Source: Clostridia bacterium
GTDB taxonomy: Bacteria; Bacillota; Clostridia; UBA1381; UMGS1253
Length of the DNA: 64,000 bases
Direction of reading: 5' to 3'
Assembly (NCBI GenBank): GCA_045546315.1
Contig: JAZQCN010000036.1
Coordinates: forward strand, 33,574 to 97,573
How positions within the stretch are numbered: the first letter of the stretch is position 1; each line of letters begins with the position of its first letter. The position numbers and the translations under genes were made by a program. Of this stretch, positions 1-7,123 are shown in pieces. A model generated the notes under the pieces. That model was not told the DNA's origin. It saw only the letters and a list, made by a program, of their open reading frames with translations, and searched no databases.

Positions 1-941
1 GCATCTACATCATAGCTCGTGCCGAATGGGATGTATATATTGTCCATATTCAGAACGCCGCAGTTGTATTTTCCTTCCAGTGCGCCGTTCATAAAGCCAT
101 AGTTCGTGCCGCCGCAGAACATATAGAAGTTTACATAGGCTCCCATATCCAGGATTCCCTTATAATGCTCGGCAACCTCTTGCGGCGTCTGGCGTGCAAA
201 GTAGCCCCCTTGCTGAATGCCTCTGCCTGCCCAGAATTCCGCAACATAAATCGGCTTGTCCGGCTGATACTTGCGAATTGCTTCTGCCATCTTGTCGTTT
301 AAATTATGGACATCAATGCCCGTCCAGTATTCCTTGCGCGATCCGTTATACAGCTTAAAGCCCTCGTGCGCATTCGCTGTAAACAGCGGCACATCCACAC
401 CAAGTTCCTGCATCAAATCGCCCGTCCAACGGATATACTCTGTATCATCGCCAAAGCTGCCGTATTCATTTTCCACCGCAACCGCAATAATCGGGCCGCC
501 GTTGGTGCTTAAATACGGAACAAACTCCTTTGCAAGGCGCGTATAATAGGTTTTTGCACACTCTAAAAATTCGGTATCACAAGAGCGAAGACACATATTC
601 GGTATCTGCTGCAGCCAGTGCGGCAGGCCGCCAAAATCCCACTCGGAGCACATATAGACACCCGGACGCAATAACACCTTCAGCCCGATTTCATCGCACA
701 GCTGCAAAAATGCGCCCAAATCTAAATTATCTTCAAAATGAAATTCACCGCGCTCCGGCTCGTGCAAATCCCACGGCACATAGGTTTGCAGCGTTGTCAA
801 GCCAAAATCCTTCATCAGCTGCAGTCTTCTTCTCCAGCCTTCTTTAAAAAATCGGAAATAATGCATATCGCCCGATGCAAGGTAAAACGGTTCGCCACCC
901 AAAAACAGTCCGTCTTTGCGGATTTCTAATTTTTTCCCCAT
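1..941 (-). CDS. Glycoside hydrolase family 35 beta-galactosidase, N-terminal ~313 codons (the rest lies beyond the left edge)
   Basis: Absent from the ORF track because it runs off the window. Minus-strand translation from ATG (941-939) reads MGKKLEIRKDGLFLGGEPFYLASGDMHYFR..TYVPWDLHEPERGEFHF..LLRPGVYMCSEWDFGGLPHWL..AVAVENEYGSF. This is the GH35 TIM-barrel pattern including the ENEYG acid/base motif. An AGGAAAGGAA RBS lies at 951-960. Confidence 0.8.
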   Translation of the reverse strand, partial: MGKKLEIRKDGLFLGGEPFYLASGDMHYFRFFKEGWRRRLQLMKDFGLTTLQTYVPWDLHEPERGEFHFEDNLDLGAFLQLCDEIGLKVLLRPGVYMCSEWDFGGLPHWLQQIPNMCLRSCDTEFLECAKTYYTRLAKEFVPYLSTNGGPIIAVAVENEYGSFGDDTEYIRWTGDLMQELGVDVPLFTANAHEGFKLYNGSRKEYWTGIDVHNLNDKMAEAIRKYQPDKPIYVAEFWAGRGIQQGGYFARQTPQEVAEHYKGILDMGAYVNFYMFCGGTNYGFMNGALEGKYNCGVLNMDNIYIPFGTSYDVD

Positions 942-1096
942 TTTCTTTCGTTCCTTTCCTGATCTGTATTGTTAATTTGAGTATATCGCACCACCGACTT
1001 GGATTCAATAGATTTTCTTGTTCAAAATTTGGAAAATACTGCGCAGCGCTTGACATATTTTTTTTGCAAGCTTATACTGAAAATTGGTGATGAAGT

Positions 1097-1936
1097 ATGA
1101 ATTTAGTACAAGCACACATCTATAGGGGAGACAGTATACCGCCCGAAGCACACACAAAACCGCTGTTTATCAGCAGTTGCGGGCATTATGTCGAGCTCAA
1201 TCAAGCGCTGGGGGCAATTCGCCCGGAGGGCAGAAGTGACTACCAGCTTCTTTTTGTGACGGAAGGCTACATATATGTAAAAAACTGCGATGGAAGTGAA
1301 ACACCCATCGGCGCCGGAAGCATTGCCGTATTTAAACCCGGCATGCGTCAGGTGTACCTGTGCAATCCACAGGAAAACACAAGCTACTACTGGGTACACT
1401 TCGGCGGTACACAGGCAGAGAGTTTGCTTGAGCAGGTCGGTCTGTCCGAAAGGTTTTGTTATACAAATATAAATTTTGAAGACAATCTTTCCTCTGTCTA
1501 TAATATGATTTCAGAAATCCGACTGCGGCGGAAAAACTACGAGCTGCAGTGCTGTTTGCATTTTTGTACGATGCTGAATATCATTTGCCGCGATAACAGC
1601 GGCGCTTCCACCTCCGACAGCGATATCATGCGCCTGATGCCGGCGCTCAATGCGATGGAGCGGCAAATGCAAACACCATACACCATAGAGGATTACGCAA
1701 AAATGTGCTTAATGAGCAGCTGTCATTTTATGCATATTTTCAAAAAATGTACCGGCTTCACAGCGATGCAGTATAAAAATCGTCTGACTATGGAGCGCGC
1801 AAAATACCTTTTAACACATTCGTCGATGTCCGTCGCTGAAATTGCTTTAGCAGTCGGTTTTGAAGACAGCGCTTATTTTTCAAAAAAGTTCCGAAGCTAT
1901 TTCGGCTTTTCGCCCGGCAAATGCCGAAAAGCATAG
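1097..1936 (+). CDS. AraC-family transcriptional regulator (cupin-like N-domain plus C-terminal HTH)
   Basis: 279-aa ORF with a typical AraC HTH C-terminus (..YKNRLTMERAKYLLTHSSMSVAEIALAVGFEDSAYFSKKFRSYFGFSPGK). It is divergent from the GH35 gene. Confidence 0.85.
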   Translation: MNLVQAHIYRGDSIPPEAHTKPLFISSCGHYVELNQALGAIRPEGRSDYQLLFVTEGYIYVKNCDGSETPIGAGSIAVFKPGMRQVYLCNPQENTSYYWVHFGGTQAESLLEQVGLSERFCYTNINFEDNLSSVYNMISEIRLRRKNYELQCCLHFCTMLNIICRDNSGASTSDSDIMRLMPALNAMERQMQTPYTIEDYAKMCLMSSCHFMHIFKKCTGFTAMQYKNRLTMERAKYLLTHSSMSVAEIALAVGFEDSAYFSKKFRSYFGFSPGKCRKA

Positions 1937-1974
1937 GTTGACCTTTTAACTTTTCTGTATTATAATAGGAAAAA

Positions 1975-2796
1975 ATGGGGGTATATTCTATGCTTGCAAA
2001 AAGAATTCAGCTTGATGAAAAATACGAAAATGTATATTTAGATATTTATGTTGCAGACCCGATGGAAAACTTTGTGCGCGACGCCATTTTGGTGTTGCCG
2101 GGCGGTGGCTATAAAAATCTTTCTCCCCGCGAGGGTGAGCCGATTGCGCTTGCCTTTATGGCGCAGGGCTACAATGCTTTTGTATTAAACTATTCCGTAA
2201 ATCATCAAAAGCATTTCCCGGGGCAGTTGATTGAAGCGTCCCTTGCAATGGCACATATTAAAGACCATGCAGAGGAATATAACATTGACCCGGAGCGCAT
2301 TTTCGTTACCGGCTTTTCCGCCGGCGGACATTTGGCAGGCAGCCTGGGCATTTTGTGGCACCTGCCGGAGATTTACGAAGCAACCGGTATGGAATACGGC
2401 TACAACAAGCCGGCAGGTATGATGCTCGGCTATCCGGTTATTTCAAGCGACAAGGCGTTTGGTCATATAGGCTCTTTCCAGAATCTGTTCGGAACAGATG
2501 TTTCTCCCGAGGTATATCAGCAAGCCTCCTTGGAAATGCTTGTGGACGAGAAAAGTGTTCCGCTCTATATTATGCATACAGCAAATGATGCGACTGTACT
2601 GGTAAGAAATGCACTTGTATTAGGAGAAGCATATGCAAAGCTCGGCAAGCCGTTTGAAATGCACATCTATCCGGATGCACCGCACGGCGTTGCCCTTGCA
2701 AACGAAATCACTGCTCACGGTGACTTTGAAAAATTGGTGCGTCCGCAGATTGAACGCTGGATTAAAGATGCTGTCATCTGGGCAAAAAGCTTATAA
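1975..2796 (+). CDS. Alpha/beta-hydrolase esterase (acetyl-esterase/lipase-like)
   Basis: Oxyanion region VLPGGGY, nucleophile elbow GFSAGGHLA, and a C-terminal ..DAPHG catalytic His region. The start could instead be ATG 1990 (MLAKR..), which has GGGGG 8 nt upstream. Confidence 0.7.
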   Translation: MGVYSMLAKRIQLDEKYENVYLDIYVADPMENFVRDAILVLPGGGYKNLSPREGEPIALAFMAQGYNAFVLNYSVNHQKHFPGQLIEASLAMAHIKDHAEEYNIDPERIFVTGFSAGGHLAGSLGILWHLPEIYEATGMEYGYNKPAGMMLGYPVISSDKAFGHIGSFQNLFGTDVSPEVYQQASLEMLVDEKSVPLYIMHTANDATVLVRNALVLGEAYAKLGKPFEMHIYPDAPHGVALANEITAHGDFEKLVRPQIERWIKDAVIWAKSL

Positions 2797-2821
2797 TTCA
2801 ATATTGCACACAAAGTGTCGG

Positions 2822-2992
2822 TTATGCCGCGCAGGACATAGCCGGTGAAAAGGGAATCAGGTGTAAGTCCTGAACGATACCAGTCGCTGTATGTGTTTTG
2901 CTTATATTCGTTGACGAAAGTCAGTCATTGGGAAACTGAGAAGGCAGAGTATGAGCGCGAAGGCACAAGTCAGAAGACCTGCTTTGATGTTA
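2822..2992 (+). promoter_or_regulatory. Cobalamin (B12) riboswitch aptamer
   Basis: The core GCCGGTGAAAAGGGAATCAGGTGTAAGTCCTGAACGATACCAGTCGCTGTA (2841-2890) matches the conserved GGTG-AA-GGGAA..GGTG.AA.TCC...C.CTGTA core. A B12-box AAGTCAGAAGACCTGC lies at 2967-2982. It sits on the same strand just upstream of CDS 3200. Confidence 0.75.
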
Positions 2993-3077
2993 TACCGTAA
3001 GTGTTTTTGCATAGGTATAATAGTTTTGCTGCGCTTGATTTTTTCAGGCGCACAAATTGTGAAGGTCACAGGAAAAC

Positions 3078-3116
3078 GCTGCTGTGGTAATTTTTAAATT
3101 ACCGCAGCTTTTTTTA
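3078..3116 (+). terminator. Rho-independent terminator, probable expression platform of the B12 riboswitch
   Basis: Stem CTGCTGTGGTAATTT / AAATTACCGCAGC followed by TTTTTTT (3109-3115), 84 nt upstream of the ATG at 3200. Confidence 0.7.
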
Positions 3117-3199
3117 TTGTCTGCGGTGTCGGGAGGTGGAAAAAAGAAAATTTTCGGCATTTTCAGAACGCAGATGAATTGTAGAAAGGAAGATGTAAC

Positions 3200-6103
3200 A
3201 TGAAACGAGTATGGAGTGTATTTATTGCACTGTGTATGCTTTTAAGTACGCTAACGCCAGTGGCAATGGCTGAAGAAAATGACATTTATTCGACGATGGA
3301 TGCGGGCATCGCTTCCGCCGCAGCTTATATCGAAACTTCGCTCGAAGCGTTAAATGAGAGCGGCGATGTCGGTTATGGTATTGAGTGGTATATCGTTGCA
3401 ATGCTGCGCGGCGGAAAAACGGTGGATGCAGCGATTTTGGATGCATACTATGCATCTGTGGTGTCAACCGTGAAAACGTGGACGGCGGAAACAAAGCCGA
3501 CCGACATAGAGCGTACTGCGCTTGCGCTTTGCGCGATGGGTAAGGATATCACGGATGTGGACGGCGTGAATCTTGCGGCGTTGATTTACAATAGTCCAAA
3601 GCTTTCGGATGGTGCAAACGAGCTGGCATATGCCTTGCTGGCGCTGGATGCCGCAAAAATCGAAATTCCGGATACAGCCGCGTGGAGCAGAGCATCCATT
3701 ACAGAAGCGCTGCTTGCCTTTCAAGCGACAGATGGCAGCTTCGGACTCTACGGAGCGGAAAACGGCGATGCGGATATTACGGCAATTTGCCTGCAGGCGT
3801 TAGCGCCGTATCGGGCGGATGCTGCGGTCGCGCAGGCGGTGGAAAACGGCTTAGCATTTTTGAAAACGACGATTTCTGAAGAATTTAACTATGCGGATAA
3901 TGTGAATACAACCGCGCAGGTTTTGCTTGCGCTTTCTGTATTGAATGTAGATGTGACGGATGCGGAGAACGGCTTTGCGAATGCGGAGAGCAACATTATT
4001 TATGCGCTGGAGCAGTACCGGAGTCCGGAGGGCAACGGCTACATGTATGGCGAAAATGTCAATTCGATGGCGACCGTGCAGGTGATGCAGGCATATGATG
4101 CGTATAAAAAGGCACATTTAGAGCAGGTATCGTATTGGGATTTTCCGCCAATCAATGTAGACGAAGAAGAGCCGACACCGCCGCCGACCGAGCCTGAACA
4201 GCCGGAGCAGCCTGAGCCACCGGAGCAGCCGGAACCGCCGGTGATTATCGAGCCGGCAACACCGCAGAATGTGTATGTGACCATCGTATCTGAGGGGCGC
4301 GTGGTAGAGGATAAAAACGGCGGATATGTCGCTCGCGCCTGTGTCAGTGTTGAGGACTGTAACCGCGATGGGCGCCTGAGCGTGGACGAGGCACTTTATG
4401 CGGCACACGAAGCCTACTATCCGGGCGGCGCTGCGGCAGGATACAGCTCGTATCGCGGTACACTCGGTTTGTCTCTTGCGATTTTATGGGGAAAGGGAAC
4501 GGCAAATACAAGCGCGGTGGCAGGCTATTGGAAGAACAATGCCGGCTGTATGAGCTTAGACGATGAAGTGCAGGCGGAAGACAGCATTGTTGCCTTCAAT
4601 TATTATGATGCAACCACATGGGCGGACAGCTATGCGTATTTTACGCAGAACAGTGTTACGGTAGAGGCCGGTAAAGCGGTTGAGCTTACGCTGATGCACT
4701 TAAGCGGCTACGACGCGGAAAACAATTATGCACAAATCTTTTCCGGATGCGCAGGCGCAAAGCTTATGCTTTTAGATACGGAAATAGAAATTGCCGGGAC
4801 AACCGATGCAGAAGGAAAGATAACGTTTTCGACAAGTGCATCGATGACGCCGGGGGAGTATACTTTAGTGGCATATAAGGAGGACAATTCGATTGTTCCT
4901 GCTGTTTGTAATCTGACGGTGCGGGCAAGAAGGCCGTCCTCATCCGGTAGCGGCAGTTCAGCAATTAAGGTGTATATCCGCGTTGCAGATCCGAGCGGTG
5001 AAACATATTTATCTAAAAAAGCGTATTCGGTCAGCAAGGGAACAACGGCATATGAATTGCTTGAAAAAACGGGGCTGGACATCGAAACCTCTATGAGTCT
5101 GTACGGTTTGTATGTTTCCTCGATTGAGGGGCTTTCCGAGTTTGACATGGGCAGCGGCAGCGGATGGATGTACTGCGTAAATGGTGTGTTTGTAGAAAAC
5201 TCCATAGATGCCTACAAGCTTTCGCGCGGCGACTATGTAGAGGTGCTTTACACGCGTGACTACGGCGAGGATTTAAAGAAAGAAGAAAAGCCGAGCGGCT
5301 CTGTAGATGCGGATGCGCCGAAAACCTATAAGGTTACTTTTGAAACGGACGGCGGCAGCAGTGTTGAAAGCCAGACCGTGCAGAAAAACAAGCTTGCGAC
5401 AGAGCCTGCAGCGCCGGAGAAAGAAGGGTTTGCGTTTGGCGGCTGGTATACGGACAGTGCGCTGACAAAGCCGTATGATTTTTCTGCAAAGGTAACGAAA
5501 AATGTGACGCTGTATGCAAAATGGACAGTAAAAGAGCCGCCGAAAAAGGAATTTACGGATAAGACCTATCCGGATGTGGCAGCGGATGCGTGGTACTACG
5601 AGGCAGTTAAATATGCTTACGAAAATGATTTAATGCAGGGCACGGAAAACGGATTTGAGCCGGAAAACGGCTTGACAAGAGCCATGCTTGTAACGGTGCT
5701 TTGGCGCCTGGATGGCGAAAAGGCGGCAGATGCTTCGATTGACTTTGCAGATGTAGAAGACGGCGAATGGTACACGCAAGCAATACGCTGGGCAATGCAG
5801 GAAGGACTTGTTTTCGGCAAGGATGCACAGCAGTTCGGCACGACCGATTTTATCACAAGAGAGCAATTTGTGGCGATTCTTTATCGCTATGTTGAAAGTA
5901 AGAATGCGGATTTTGAGCAAAATGCCGATGCGTTATTAACTTTTGAAGATGCAAAAGCAATTTCTGATTATGCAACAGAAGCAATGGCATGGGCGGTGGA
6001 AAACGGTATTTTACGCGGCAGAGAAAATGCCTGCCTTGCACCGGACGGTACGCTGACACGCGCGGAGGCGGCTGCGATTTTTATGCGTTTTTGTGCGCTG
6101 TAA
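3200..6103 (+). CDS. Secreted SLH-anchored multidomain protein; candidate surface cobalamin-binding protein
   Basis: Domain order, N to C:
- signal peptide MKRVWSVFIALCMLLSTLTPVAMA
- prenyltransferase/squalene-cyclase-type repeats (..FQATDGSFGLYGAENGDADITAICLQALAPY..)
- PEQ-rich linker (nt ~4160-4240)
- Ig-like region
- DUF4430-type block IKVYIRV..GSGSGWMYCVNGVF..LSRGDYVEVLYT (nt ~4960-5265)
- Listeria-Bacteroides repeat YKVTFETDGG..FGGWYTD..LYAKW (nt ~5327-5523)
- three SLH repeats (nt ~5551-6100)

RBS AAAGGAAG. Confidence 0.85.
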   Translation: MKRVWSVFIALCMLLSTLTPVAMAEENDIYSTMDAGIASAAAYIETSLEALNESGDVGYGIEWYIVAMLRGGKTVDAAILDAYYASVVSTVKTWTAETKPTDIERTALALCAMGKDITDVDGVNLAALIYNSPKLSDGANELAYALLALDAAKIEIPDTAAWSRASITEALLAFQATDGSFGLYGAENGDADITAICLQALAPYRADAAVAQAVENGLAFLKTTISEEFNYADNVNTTAQVLLALSVLNVDVTDAENGFANAESNIIYALEQYRSPEGNGYMYGENVNSMATVQVMQAYDAYKKAHLEQVSYWDFPPINVDEEEPTPPPTEPEQPEQPEPPEQPEPPVIIEPATPQNVYVTIVSEGRVVEDKNGGYVARACVSVEDCNRDGRLSVDEALYAAHEAYYPGGAAAGYSSYRGTLGLSLAILWGKGTANTSAVAGYWKNNAGCMSLDDEVQAEDSIVAFNYYDATTWADSYAYFTQNSVTVEAGKAVELTLMHLSGYDAENNYAQIFSGCAGAKLMLLDTEIEIAGTTDAEGKITFSTSASMTPGEYTLVAYKEDNSIVPAVCNLTVRARRPSSSGSGSSAIKVYIRVADPSGETYLSKKAYSVSKGTTAYELLEKTGLDIETSMSLYGLYVSSIEGLSEFDMGSGSGWMYCVNGVFVENSIDAYKLSRGDYVEVLYTRDYGEDLKKEEKPSGSVDADAPKTYKVTFETDGGSSVESQTVQKNKLATEPAAPEKEGFAFGGWYTDSALTKPYDFSAKVTKNVTLYAKWTVKEPPKKEFTDKTYPDVAADAWYYEAVKYAYENDLMQGTENGFEPENGLTRAMLVTVLWRLDGEKAADASIDFADVEDGEWYTQAIRWAMQEGLVFGKDAQQFGTTDFITREQFVAILYRYVESKNADFEQNADALLTFEDAKAISDYATEAMAWAVENGILRGRENACLAPDGTLTRAEAAAIFMRFCAL

Positions 6104-6123
6104 AACAGAGGAAGTGATTTCGG

Positions 6124-6792
6124 ATGCGGTTTTTGAAAAGGTATAAGGCGTATATCCTTGCGTGTATTTGTATTATCGCTGCTTTGTGCTTTGCCTTTTT
6201 TATGGGGGATGATGCACCTGCGCCGAAGGTAAATACGGAGACAGAAGTGACAGATGCGACAGCGGAAAAGCCGATTGCGGAGGAGAAGAAGAAAGAAATA
6301 GCGGAAAAACCACCTGCACCGCCAATGGCTGAAGTACAGGAAGAGACGAAAGTACAGGAGAATACGGAAAAAGTACAGGCAGAAGTATCGGCGGAAGAAG
6401 CGGAAGAAGAAAATGCTTTGCAGTGCACGCTGTCGGTGCGCTGTGATACGGCGCTCGGAAAAGCCGGAGAGAAAAACTCCATTTTGCCGCAGGATGGGGT
6501 GATTTTCGCAGGAGAAGGCCTTGCGTTTTCTGAAGGGGAAAGTGTGTTTGATGTGCTTTTGCGCGAAATGCAGACGCACGGCATTCCGCTTGAGTTTACA
6601 AAATCGCCAATGTATCAAAGTGTATATATCGAAGGCATCGGCAATTTGTACGAACGCGACTGCGGCAGTCAGTCGGGATGGATTTATAAGGTGAACGGTG
6701 AAAAGCCGGGTTACGACTGCTCAAATTATATATTAAAGCCCGGTGACAGAATTGAATGGGTTTATACCTGCGCGCTCGGCAATGATGTGTAA
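6124..6792 (+). CDS. Membrane-anchored DUF4430-domain protein
   Basis: N-terminal TM helix (ILACICIIAALCFAFFM), an acidic Glu/Lys-rich linker, and a C-terminal DUF4430 block (LQCTLSVRCD..GSQSGWIYKVNGEKPGYDCSNYILKPGDRIEWVYT). RBS GAGGAAGTG. It starts 20 nt after the preceding stop, so it is probably co-transcribed. Confidence 0.8.
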   Translation: MRFLKRYKAYILACICIIAALCFAFFMGDDAPAPKVNTETEVTDATAEKPIAEEKKKEIAEKPPAPPMAEVQEETKVQENTEKVQAEVSAEEAEEENALQCTLSVRCDTALGKAGEKNSILPQDGVIFAGEGLAFSEGESVFDVLLREMQTHGIPLEFTKSPMYQSVYIEGIGNLYERDCGSQSGWIYKVNGEKPGYDCSNYILKPGDRIEWVYTCALGNDV

Positions 6793-6874
6793 ATAAAAAA
6801 AGATGCCTTGGGCGTCTTCTCTTAGGGATTAAACGCCTTAAAAAGAAATATTTTGGCGAATAGCTGTGTTAAAA

Positions 6875-6908
6875 ATGGTCGATATCCGCAAGGATGTCGA
6901 CCATTTTT
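6875..6908 (+). terminator. Rho-independent terminator ending the B12-regulated operon
   Basis: ATGGTCGATATCC-GCAA-GGATGTCGACCAT followed by TTTTT. Confidence 0.65.
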
Positions 6909-6990
6909 GCCTTGCTCTTCATCCAAACTATTCCCTTTTAAGGTACCTTCGGTAGTTTTAGACGAGGAATTTTGTCGGAAAGAGAAACAT

Positions 6991-7029
6991 AAAAATCTGC
7001 ATCATACTCGCGTATAATGCAGATTTTTT
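6991..7029. terminator. Bidirectional hairpin terminator (serves the PL8 gene on the minus strand)
   Basis: AAAAATCTGCAT..ATGCAGATTTTTT: a 10-bp stem flanked by an A-run and a T-run. Confidence 0.6.
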
Positions 7030-7123
7030 GTGCACTATTTTCGGTAAATTACCGGCTAAAACCGATTTCTCCCTAAGTTGCACGCCCTTACGGGCAACTT
7101 TCCCGGGCGTCCTTGATTTTCAT

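Noticed and set aside
5968-6618. Long antisense ORFs (5968..6618 and 6081..6584, minus strand) opposite the SLH and DUF4430 genes.
   Set aside because: These are low-complexity, Arg/Phe/Ser-rich shadow frames of well-supported plus-strand genes. They have no RBS. The same reasoning applies to 13113..13880, 22586..23404, 22640..23179, 32865..33440, 47807..48376 and 54454..55302.
6945-6990. The sequence GTTTTAGACGAGGAATTTTGTCGGAAAGAGAAAC, which resembles a CRISPR repeat (GTTTTAGA... start, ...GAAAC end).
   Set aside because: It occurs only once. There is no repeat-spacer periodicity and no cas gene anywhere in the window.
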